From a virus (taxonomy: Duplodnaviria; Caudoviricetes), in IMG/VR virus record IMGVR_UViG_3300025117_000106, positions 1-46,389 of that record: DNA of 46,389 nt; one strand, written 5' to 3'. Below, piece by piece: positions 18,747 through 29,200 of the stretch. The notes beneath the pieces were generated by a model, which saw only the letters and a program-made list of their open reading frames with translations, searched no databases and was not told where the DNA came from. The number at the start of each line of letters is the position of its first letter. Positions within the stretch are counted from its first letter, which is position 1. The translations under genes and the position numbers were made by a program.

Positions 18747-18979
18747 GATATAAGTTCCCTAACATACCAGACCTGAACAATGCGCTTGAGTTACTTGAGA
18801 AAACAATCAGCGATTACGCAGGGAAGGAAGTAAAAGAACTGCCTCCGATAAATCAGACGGTAGAGGGAACAACTTTTTTCATAAAACAAACAGACGGTGT
18901 TTACTTTACATATAGAAAGATCGGGAACAGTTTCAGACAAATGAAAGTTGATTCAAATTCACAGGTTTATTGGGAATAA
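18743..18979 (+). CDS. Hypothetical tail-region protein (78 aa from ATG 18743)
   Basis: ATGA overlap with the upstream stop suggests this start rather than 18731. Confidence 0.6.
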   Translation: MRYKFPNIPDLNNALELLEKTISDYAGKEVKELPPINQTVEGTTFFIKQTDGVYFTYRKIGNSFRQMKVDSNSQVYWE

Positions 18980-18980
18980 G

Positions 18981-19208
18981 ATGGTTGCAAGAACGACAAT
19001 AAGAGAATATGTTGATGAGGTAGGAAATGCAATTATAAACGATGCAGAAGATTCAATCGAAACGACATATTCATCCGACAAAGTGGAGACTTTATTAAGT
19101 GGGAAGATTAATACGGATGGAACAATTACAAGTATAATAAAATTAACTCAAGCAGAGTATGATGCACTTACGCCTGTATCAACAACTTTATATATTATAG
19201 TAGGATAA
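18981..19208 (+). CDS. Small tail-fibre-associated protein (75 aa from ATG 18981)
   Basis: C-terminal 'LTQAEYDAL...TTLYII' is a widespread fibre motif. Confidence 0.7.
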   Translation: MVARTTIREYVDEVGNAIINDAEDSIETTYSSDKVETLLSGKINTDGTITSIIKLTQAEYDALTPVSTTLYIIVG

Positions 19209-19209
19209 A

Positions 19210-20679
19210 ATGGCAGTAGCAGTTAAATCAGGAAATAATATCGTTTGTAATGGAACAGCAGGTACTATAACCTTAGCTCAATTAGTTACAGATATAAATG
19301 ATACTGCTTGGGTTGAGGATATGGGAAGTGGAGTTTATAGAATTAAATGTCCTGTTGCAAGAACAATATATATTTATCCAAACGTAACATTAGAGATAGG
19401 TGAAGATGAGACTTTAGAAATTTATAATACTGTTACGAGTAATGCTGCTTATTGTTTATTCTTATCATATCCAAGTACACTTGCAGGATTACCAAATGGT
19501 ACATTAAAAATGTTGGCAGGTTCTACACTTGATGGGTTAACTGTTGATAGCACAGCGAATACTTATGGCGTTAATTTTTATTTAGGCGGAGAAACTGATA
19601 TACAGGGTACTGCCGTTAAAAGAATAACTATAAGTCACACAAGAAATATTACAATAGTTCCTCAAGGCTCTGGATATTATTCAACGAGAGTTTTTGACGG
19701 AGATATAATCTTTAACTATGTAGATTTTGATTATCCCTTTGCCAACACATACTTGTTTTTGTTTAGTGTGCACCAAAGAGAAGCAACGATATTGTTAAAA
19801 GATATAAGATTATTTAATTCGGGCGCAGTGACAGCGCCAATACTTATGCAAGGTGTATCACATCTAAAAAATTTAGTTATAAATAATATTGGTATTGGAG
19901 ATTCCCCAGCAACAGGAACTACACGATGGCGGTGGATGATGGGATATACAGGAGGAAAGATTATAAATCAAGTTTTTGAAGCAAACAAATGGTATGCAGG
20001 TTATTCAATCCAACCATCTGTGAATATGATTATGCCTGTATATTTTCCTACATTGTCTGGCGCTTATACTAAGAAGAAATATGGGCAGATGTATATGATT
20101 TTCGATACAATGACAATGAATGATCAGGGATATGCTTTTTATGGATATTTACAAAATGACGCCACAATAGTATTAAAAGATTGTACCTTTAACGCAACAT
20201 TGAGAACTTGGCTTCTTTATACAGATGCAAAAATTATTTGGTGGAATAGTAGCGTGGCGTTGCCATTCAATGTTTCTAATGCAGGAGATAATGCAGGCGC
20301 ATATTTAGTAGTATTTGGATTATACTTAACTATTACAGATATGAACGATAACCCGATTGAAAATGCTACCGTAATAATTAAGCAGAAAGATGATAGAGAA
20401 ACGTTTATATTTTTTACAGATGTAAACGGACAACTTATTGACCTTTATGATTATCACGTATGCTTATGCACTAATAGATTTAAGAATATGTCAGTTGATG
20501 AATATTGGAGTGACGCAAGCAACTCAACATATCACACAGTAACAGTATTAAAAGAAGGGTACAAGTCTGAAACATTTAATGTAGTAATGGATCAGGATAG
20601 AACACAAACAGTACAATTAAGACCGCTAACTAAAATGTATTTAGGCAGTACAGAATTAACAGCAATAGGATTAGGATAG
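19210..20679 (+). CDS. Tail fibre/spike-like beta-rich protein with a C-terminal carboxypeptidase-regulatory-like domain (489 aa)
   Basis: Beta-helix-like body; 'LTITDMNDNPIENATVII..TDVNG..HTVTVLKEGY'; ends 'MYLGSTELTAIGLG'; no signal peptide. Confidence 0.65.
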   Translation: MAVAVKSGNNIVCNGTAGTITLAQLVTDINDTAWVEDMGSGVYRIKCPVARTIYIYPNVTLEIGEDETLEIYNTVTSNAAYCLFLSYPSTLAGLPNGTLKMLAGSTLDGLTVDSTANTYGVNFYLGGETDIQGTAVKRITISHTRNITIVPQGSGYYSTRVFDGDIIFNYVDFDYPFANTYLFLFSVHQREATILLKDIRLFNSGAVTAPILMQGVSHLKNLVINNIGIGDSPATGTTRWRWMMGYTGGKIINQVFEANKWYAGYSIQPSVNMIMPVYFPTLSGAYTKKKYGQMYMIFDTMTMNDQGYAFYGYLQNDATIVLKDCTFNATLRTWLLYTDAKIIWWNSSVALPFNVSNAGDNAGAYLVVFGLYLTITDMNDNPIENATVIIKQKDDRETFIFFTDVNGQLIDLYDYHVCLCTNRFKNMSVDEYWSDASNSTYHTVTVLKEGYKSETFNVVMDQDRTQTVQLRPLTKMYLGSTELTAIGLG

Positions 20680-20688
20680 ATTTCCAAT

Positions 20689-21057
20689 ATGGTAGTTAGA
20701 GATTACAGACCAGAAGATCACGAAGCAGTAAAGGCACTTGCAGAAAAGCACAAATTAAATATGCCAGGTGAGGGGAAACTGATAGTAGTAGAAACCAATA
20801 GCGGGAAGATAGAAGGGTTTGCAAACATAAGGGCAGTATTTATGATTGAGCCTTTGGTATGCGAGAATCCATTGATGGCAGATAAGCTCTGGACGTATAT
20901 CTCAGAAAAATCGAGAAAAGGAAATGTGAAAATATTGAGATGTTTTATCGAACAAAAACATAGTAAATTGCTAACGAAGATCGGGTTTTATAGAATATTT
21001 AAGAAGCACCATATTTATGAAATAAACTTTTACAATAACAAAGGACAAATAAAATGA
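20689..21057 (+). CDS. GNAT-fold acetyltransferase-like protein (122 aa)
   Basis: 'VRDYRPEDHEAV..LIVVE..GKIEGF..KLLTKIGF'; usual position ahead of podoviral ejection proteins. Confidence 0.65.
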   Translation: MVVRDYRPEDHEAVKALAEKHKLNMPGEGKLIVVETNSGKIEGFANIRAVFMIEPLVCENPLMADKLWTYISEKSRKGNVKILRCFIEQKHSKLLTKIGFYRIFKKHHIYEINFYNNKGQIK

Positions 21058-21521
21058 AAACGATTTTAATAATGGCAATGTGTTTACTCTCCTTCTCGCT
21101 TATGGCACAGACAAGAGGATTTGATCTTGACGACTACCGGACTATTTGGTATGACAGTTTATACAGCGCACAGAAATCAAAAACAACCGATCTTGCAATG
21201 AAATATCCCAGCCTTTCAATAATCTTCGTAAACAAATCAGCGACAATAACAGATACAGTTCAACTATTCTCAGTTACGAAGGGATATAAAAAAACCATAC
21301 CACATAATGCTGTTGATTTTTCAATCTCAGCGATGTGGTTAAAAAATTCAGCAGGGGAAAGCATAGCTTCCGATGGAGTGATAACAATTGCACCGAGTAC
21401 GACAAAAGAATATGTGATAGTAAATTTTGCAGTACAACTAATAGAGACCAGGCTATTAAATACAAACGTAAATGCAAAAGCATACTACTATATGAAAGGC
21501 GTTAAAGACGTACCGGATTAA
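21054..21521 (+). CDS. Signal-peptide beta-sandwich protein (155 aa)
   Basis: Leader MKTILIMAMCLLSFSLMA|Q; ATGA overlap. Confidence 0.7.
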   Translation: MKTILIMAMCLLSFSLMAQTRGFDLDDYRTIWYDSLYSAQKSKTTDLAMKYPSLSIIFVNKSATITDTVQLFSVTKGYKKTIPHNAVDFSISAMWLKNSAGESIASDGVITIAPSTTKEYVIVNFAVQLIETRLLNTNVNAKAYYYMKGVKDVPD

Positions 21522-21571
21522 TTATAAGTGTATTGATAAGAATAAATTTTTATTAAGAACGAGGTGATATT

Positions 21572-22123
21572 ATGGCTGGAAAATCAGATCAAGAAGAAGC
21601 TGCCGAAGGTCTTTACGGAGAAATAGGCGGGTTAAATCCTAACGTAGAGAACCGATGGAAAGGTTATCGAAATCCGTATGGCTTTGGAGACGTTGAGAAG
21701 AAAGTTAATGACACATACTCAAATTACGAGGATATGATTAATCGTGATACCTCCGAAGAAATAGCGAAACAACAGGGAGGCGCAGCATCTTCTTTAGCAA
21801 GCAGAGGAATCACAGGCGGAAGTATCTTAACCGACACACAGTCAGGAATCGCAAGCGACATCAACAAAAGCAAAACAAATGCTCTCTCAAATCTTGGTGC
21901 AAAGAAATCAGGAATGCTCTCAAGTCTTATGGAGTATTTTAATAATTTGAAGATGGGACAAACACAGGCAGCGACAAATGTTGACTTTGGAAATATGGCA
22001 AACTTGTTCCAGAAGTACGGATTAAAGGGAGGTGCATTAGGAGGGCTTTCGGATGATACCTGGCTTGATGATATTCTTGGAGTTGGCAATACCGTAGGGA
22101 ATCTTATTCCGGGAGGAGGTTAG
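21572..22123 (+). CDS. Internal virion/ejection protein, small (183 aa)
   Basis: GAGGTG SD; G/A/S-rich; 'SLASRGITGGS'; Gly-rich amphipathic C-terminus. Confidence 0.7.
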   Translation: MAGKSDQEEAAEGLYGEIGGLNPNVENRWKGYRNPYGFGDVEKKVNDTYSNYEDMINRDTSEEIAKQQGGAASSLASRGITGGSILTDTQSGIASDINKSKTNALSNLGAKKSGMLSSLMEYFNNLKMGQTQAATNVDFGNMANLFQKYGLKGGALGGLSDDTWLDDILGVGNTVGNLIPGGG

Positions 22124-22129
22124 TCTGAA

Positions 22130-23293
22130 ATGGGAGTTGCAAAATCATTAAGAAAGGCGGGACATCTAAGTCAATTAGGACAGGGTATTAATAACCTTGA
22201 AGCAATTCTTGAAGAAAACCGAAAGAAGAAAGAGCGAGAACAACTCTACAATAACGTTGTTGGATTAGTTAATAAGTACCAGGAAGGACTAAAATCCGCA
22301 ACAAATCAAGATGTTGCATTAAAAGAAGGTGGGAAGGTAAATAATGTATTATCATCAGAAACTTTTAGCGGTCAAAGATTAGGCGGAGGAAAACCAACAG
22401 GGATGGGCTTAGACGTAAATCTTCCTGAAAACACACAACAGGTACAGCAGAATATGGCTCCGGTTCCTCCCGAAACACAGACCAGACAAATCAGTCCGCA
22501 AGAAAAGTTTAAGAATGCAGAAACTATATATAGTGATTTTGAAAACGCTATAATTCCTATACTCACAAACCCAAATGTAGGTGAGGAAGACATATCAAGA
22601 TTAAATATATTTAGAACTATTGCAGAAAAGCAGAAAGAAAAGTTTAGACCGAAAGAACGAAAAATCGGAACATTCAATCCTGAATATGATGTTGTTGATG
22701 AAACAACAGGAGAAGTATTAAGAAAGGGAACGCAAAAACAAAAGCCATTTGATGTTGAAGGGAGTATGAAAAACCCAAAGACTAAAACTTATTGGTCTTA
22801 TAATAAGCAGACAGGAGAATACTTTGACACTCAAGTTCCTTACGATCAAAGCGAAGGAAAATCATCCACAACAAACAATTACGGAAGCGGAGATTATAAC
22901 TATTCAAATCTTTATTCTAATGTTCAAGAAGGTATAAAAGTTATAAAATCATTAAAGAGTGCCCCAACTGAAGTAAATAAAGAAACAGGGATGATAACTT
23001 ATTATGAACCTGGAAATAAAGAAGGAAAAGTTTTCGCTAACCAAAAAGAATTTGACACTTATAAAGAAGGCATTAAAAATCAGTATGTAAATGATGCTTA
23101 TGAATTAGTTATACAAAGAGGGCTTGATAATGCTGCGGGAGGAACATCTACGCCTGTTAAAAAAATAAGAGAAGGATTAAGTAAAGGATTTACATTAGAT
23201 GGAGCTTTGAAAAAGTTTAAGGAAAACAACCCGGAATTTCCTGAAGAAGACCTAAATATTATGAAAGACTATTTCACTCTATCAAAACTATAA
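22130..23293 (+). CDS. Internal virion/ejection protein, medium (387 aa)
   Basis: GGAGG SD; Q/E/K-rich; lies between the small ejection gene and the giant gene. Confidence 0.65.
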   Translation: MGVAKSLRKAGHLSQLGQGINNLEAILEENRKKKEREQLYNNVVGLVNKYQEGLKSATNQDVALKEGGKVNNVLSSETFSGQRLGGGKPTGMGLDVNLPENTQQVQQNMAPVPPETQTRQISPQEKFKNAETIYSDFENAIIPILTNPNVGEEDISRLNIFRTIAEKQKEKFRPKERKIGTFNPEYDVVDETTGEVLRKGTQKQKPFDVEGSMKNPKTKTYWSYNKQTGEYFDTQVPYDQSEGKSSTTNNYGSGDYNYSNLYSNVQEGIKVIKSLKSAPTEVNKETGMITYYEPGNKEGKVFANQKEFDTYKEGIKNQYVNDAYELVIQRGLDNAAGGTSTPVKKIREGLSKGFTLDGALKKFKENNPEFPEEDLNIMKDYFTLSKL

Positions 23294-23294
23294 G

Positions 23295-26200
23295 ATGTCA
23301 AAACAACCGCAAATATTAAAGTTCAAGGATTTTGATTGGGGGGATAAGCCCGATACCGATACCCTTGTTAAAGATAAACCCAAAGCCTTTAATGATTTTG
23401 ATTGGGAAGAAAAGAAACCGGAAACAAAAGGCACACCGGAAACAACCGTTCCTCTTTCAACTGAAAGATACAAACCAACAAATGTTTTCGATGCGTTCAA
23501 TACTACAAATGCAAAATTACCAATTCTTGTTCCAGACAAAGTTCCCGAAGAAAAACCACAGACAAAACAGCCCACAATAAAAGAAGGATTAAGCGGAAGA
23601 ATACCAGTTCCACAATTTGAAGGATTCGCTCTACCGGAACAAGGCACATTAGATCAAGCGTTATTTAATGTTGCACCTGAGTTTGTTAAGAGACAGCAGG
23701 AGAGAGAAGAATTAAGCAATAAATTATGGAAAGGGATACAACAAGGTTCCGAAACAATAGAACCATTATCCGGACAAAGATTAGGTGATCTTAAACTTGA
23801 AAATGCACCAATGGGAGAAGTGCGAAACGCTATTGACTTAGTTGTAAATTCAGGATTAAAGATGATACCGGGAACGATTGAGGCATTAGGTTTAATCGCT
23901 GATAAAATAGTTCAAAGAGGTCTAAGTCCTCAAATGCGAATTGAAGATTTTATTCCACCTGCACCAACAGTAAGTAAATTTACAGGAGATATTGGAAAAA
24001 CGGTAAGAGAAGGAATTGACACCTTTGCACCAACAGACCCGAAGATAAAAGGATTCTTTAGTTCTACACTCCCTTCCGCAGTGGGAAGCGGACTTGGATT
24101 TTTAGCTGGAGGACTTGGAGGGAAAGCCATAAAACTACCTACCATGTTAAGCACTTTACTATTATCAACATCTCAGGCAGCCGAAGAATATAATAGCGCA
24201 TTAAAACAGACCGGAGATTATAATAAAGCCTATAATGTTTTTATTGGAAATCTTCCTTTCGCAGCAACCGAAGTTGTTCCATTTGAATTTTTGTTTAAGA
24301 GATTAGATAAACTTGGCGGTAGGAAAGGAACGCAATTACTAATTGATATGCTCGTTCAAGGTACGGTTGAGGGTTCGCAAGAAGTAATACAGCAGTTTGG
24401 CACTAACCTAAATGCTAAGTTAATCTATGATGCGTCAAGAAGTTTAAGCGAAGGAACATTGGAAGGGGGAGCAGCCGGATTTATTACAGGCATGCTGTTA
24501 TCAGGCATAGGAAATATTGCGTCAAAGAGACTTGAAGAAGGGAATCTAACGCCAGAAGAAATAAAACATCTTATAAAAACCATTGAGAAAGTAAACTTAT
24601 CAAAAGCAAAAGTTGAAGCAGAGTTTAAGAACTTTCAAACCGATGCAACCGTAAGAGATTTACTCAATCCAGAAAAAATTAAGACACAGTCGAAAGATTA
24701 TCTCAAGCAAACCGAACAAGAACCATTACAACCTCCAGCGAGAGATATTGAAAAAGGAACAATCAACATCGAACCGGGAGGATTGGACTTAGGAACGCTT
24801 ACCGATCTTACACCACAGGAAAGACAAAAGAACGGACTACCACAGACAGAATCTTTTGATAAAGACCTTGAGTTAATAAATGCAGTTGCACAAAAAACAG
24901 CAAACGGAATTACTGATCTTACCGAACAGGAAAAAATAATTCAAGAAGTTTATTCAACACAAACAAATGATTTAGTAAAGCAGATAAAAGAATCACCAGA
25001 ATTCAGACAACAGCAAAGTATTATTCGTCAACAAACAAAACAAAAACAAAAACTTGACACCGATAACTTTGCAGAACTAACCAGACAATTCAAAAACGCA
25101 CAGCGCAGGAGAGTTCTTGTAGATCCCGGAACACTAACTCAGGGAGTAGAAGGAATAACAACGCCTGAGCTTAAAACAAAAGCAGAAACTTTATTCAAGG
25201 AAGCCACAGAATATAATAACAAGTTACAGAAGCGAAACGAATTTACCCTTGAAAATTTAAGCAGAAAGAAATTTGGCACAGAGAGTATTAGCACCTTAGA
25301 TGAGGAACAACAGCAAGCACTTCTCTCCGAATTTAACGAGATGAAAAAGCAAGGATTCAAAGAGTTCAAAAACATTCAACCAATAACCAAAGGAGGCGGA
25401 TATGCCATACAAAAGCGACAAGCAGAGGAAATACTTCAACGCCAACCGGAAGAAATTAGGGAACAAGTTAGTGAACGAGTTCAACCAGGAATCGAAGGGA
25501 TTAGACCTCCCGAAGAAGTCATCTCCGAAGATCAAAAAGAGAAACCCGAAGAAGATGTCAGTAAAGGACAGGGTAAGGAAGAAACTCGGAATGTAAAAGA
25601 GGAAGATGATTTCTTTATAGACTTGGAACCAACGGAAGCACAGAAAGAAGCAGGTAACTATAAAAAGGGTCACATTAAAAGAGATGGTTTTGATATATCA
25701 ATAGAAAATCCGAAAGGTTCTATCCGGTCCGGAAAAGATTCAGATGGCAAAACTTGGGAAACGAAAATAAATAATGATTACGGATATATTAAAGGAACGG
25801 TAGGAAAAGATAAAGATCATATTGACGTTTTCCTTTCAGACAATTATCAGGAAGATGCCCCTGTATTCATAGTTAATCAAACCACACCCGAAGGGAAGTT
25901 TGATGAGCATAAGGTAATGCTCGGTTTTACTGATAAGGGAGAGGCAGAACAATCCTATATTTCAAACTATGAAAAAGGCAAAGCGAATTATTCTGATATT
26001 ATAGAAATGCCAATGGATGAATTTAAGCAATGGAGTAAGGACCAGAATTTAACAAAGAAACCCGCAGTTAAACCGACAGAGCTTATTGACGATGAGATGG
26101 ATGATCTTGTTAATCAGCTTACGGAAGAACCGCCACCGGAACCGCCAAAGAGTGAAGGTAAGCTATCATCTTGGTATGATAAGTTTGAAGAATTAAAATC

Positions 26201-29200
26201 TAAAAATGATTTGGCAGGGCTTGATAATCTTTATGGCAAAGTAAAGATTGCACTTAATGGAGTTGCACAAGGCAGAAATGCTGTCCCTGAATTTGAAGCA
26301 TTAAAAAAAGAGATTGAAAGCTATGCAGAAGAAATAAAACCAAAACCTCCTGAGACTAAGATAGAGAAGCAACCAGAAAAAACCCTTCCTGAAGATGCCT
26401 TTGCAATCAAACTAAAATCCGGTAAAGTTATTGCAGATAAAGAAGCGGAAAACCACACACAGATCATAGAGAAGAATAACATCAATGAAGATGATGTTGT
26501 TGATGTAGGTTTTATTAGTGAAAATAAATTTCTGACCACAAAAGAACTTTCTGAAAAAGTAAAAATGGAAATTGCTGAAGAAAAGAAACCGTATGAAATG
26601 ACAGATGATGAGTGGTTAGATAAAACAAGATTTTACAGATCAGGCAAAGATAAAATGGTCGAAACTCCCGAAGGAAATAGAGTAATTCTAAAAGCAGAAA
26701 ACACGCCCTCAAATTATAAAGAAAACAGCAGAGATTTTTTACTAAACATTGTTAGAAAGAGACACATAGCGCAAGCGCTCAAAGAGGGTAAAGATATTCC
26801 AGAGGAAGTATTAAAAAATTATTCTGATTTACAGATTAGTGTAGAAAAATCAATTGAGAAACCAGAACCCGATAATAATGCAGTAGCAATCAAAAGAATG
26901 CTATCAGAGGGAAAGACGCTTGAACAAATATCTACCGCCCTTAAAATTCCAATCAATGAAATTGAACCGTTATTACCAAAAGAAGAAAAAGAAGCAGTAG
27001 AAGAACCCGAACCAGAAAAATCCCCAACGGCAATTGAGACCTCGGAACAAATAATGAGAGATGCTAAGGGTTATCCAATTGCGATAGATGATTATGGAAC
27101 GGAACACACAATAAAACTTTGGGGTACTCACATTGTAAGAATAAAAACAGAAGACCCAAATGAAATGCGACTTGGCGGAACAGGCTGGGAGTGGTACGGA
27201 TTCAAGAAGTCCGGCGATATATGGGAGGGATTTGTTCACGGATTTGAGGATGAGTATGGAAGTTTTTCAGAGAGCGAACTAAAAGAAAACGGCGTAACAA
27301 TCAGGACAGACCCAAAAGATTTACTTGAATTGATGCCTCCGATTGGCTGGAAGTGGAAACAGAAACCCAAAGCCATTCCTATGAGTAAACTTGGGAAGGC
27401 TCCGGAGCCAAAACCAAAAGTAGAAAAGAAACCCGAACCTCCATCCATCATTGACGATGAAATGGATGCCCTCATAAACGATATAGATTTCCAACTAAAG
27501 AAACCAAAGACCACAGACTATAAAAAAGATATTGGATTCAAAACAGTTACATCAAAACAGAAACCAACATATCAACTTAAACCAGGCGAAAAGATTCCTG
27601 CCGACAAACAACTTAAAGCAATCGAGTTAGTAGGAAAGTTCATTGAGAAAGAATTATATCCATTCGATAATATCGTACAGGCAGTAAGACAGAAATACGG
27701 AGATGAAAGAACCGAAAGATTACTTCCTGCATTAAAGTCTGGATATTCAGCATACCTATCAAATGCTACCGATGCAGAAACAGAGAAGATGGATAGCTTT
27801 GATTATGTAAAGAAATATGCACTTGAGGAAACAAAACCAGAGAAAAAGAATCGTACAACAATCAGACCTGTACTTGCAACAGAGGTAAGAAATCTTCTTA
27901 TCGACGTAAATAAAATGACACCCGCACAGGCTGATTATAAACTCAAAGGAACCGACATTGAAACTCTTGAGATATGGAAGAAAGAACTTACTGAGCGAGG
28001 CAAGGGAGAAACCGGAACAACATTAATTAGCAGACCATTCATCCAGAGAGTAAGAGAAGAAATCAGAAACGGAAATCAACTAACAAAAACACAACTCGAA
28101 AAGATTGCTAAAGAATATGACATTACCGATCCAAGCATAGCAAAAGAACAGGCTGAGCTTGCCATTGTTGCTGAAGCAAGAAAGATTATAAACGAAACCC
28201 CGAACGAGAAAGAGGCTTACGATAAAGTTGTTGAGATGTACGGCAATCAGCCAAATCTTACTCACAGGACAAACATATCGGTAGAGAACCAACAATACTC
28301 AACCCCCGCACCAATATCTTATGTTGCCGGACTTTATGTTGCTGATGGAATCGGTAACGGTGATGTATTGGAACCATCCGCAGGAAACGGAATGTTGGTT
28401 ATTGCTTTCAATACAAGCCAGGTATATGTAAATGAACTCGATGAAATAAGGAACGCCAATTTAAGACAGACCAAATATGAAGGTATATCAAATGTAGATG
28501 CAGAAAAGAACGATAATATTTTCAATAAAAAATTTGATGGAATAATAACCAATCCGCCATTTGGTAGTGTAGAAGAAAAGAAGTTCAACGATTATAAGTT
28601 GAATAAACTCGAACACGTTATGGCTGCCAACGCACTAAAACAAATGAGAAATGACGGCAGAGCATCAATCATCATTGGCGGACACAACAGATATGATAAT
28701 AAAGGAAGATTGCAGAACGACAGGACATTCTTTAATTGGCTATACCATTATTATAACGTAGAGGCGGTATTAAACATTAGCGGTGATCTCTATAAAAAAC
28801 AAGGTACACAGTTCCCGATCAGACTAATATTAATCAATGGCATAAAGGAAACCCCGCAAGGGGCATCACCTTTATTTGATGCTCAAAGAGACGCTGAGAT
28901 AAAAGATTTTGAAGATTTGTATAATAGAGTTAAGGAGATACGAGATGGAAATATACTACAACCCGGAGTTGATGCACAACGAAGACCAGGCGGAATTACT
29001 GATGTGCGAAACCCCGAAGGGAAAGGAATTCAAGAAGCTGGAAGAACTGAAACCCTTCCTGAAACAGAGGCTAACAAACCTGATAAAGAAAAGCCCGCAG
29101 GATCTGGAAAAACTACAACAGTTAGTGAACGACCTTCTGGAAGTGGAGAACCCATATCTGGAAAGCCCGGAGCAATTAGCGGAACTGATACTGGAAAGCC

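Noticed and set aside
23332-23580. +1-frame ORF at the start of the giant gene
   Set aside because: Non-ATG start and a product that looks like frame-shift noise over a Pro/Lys/Thr-rich region.
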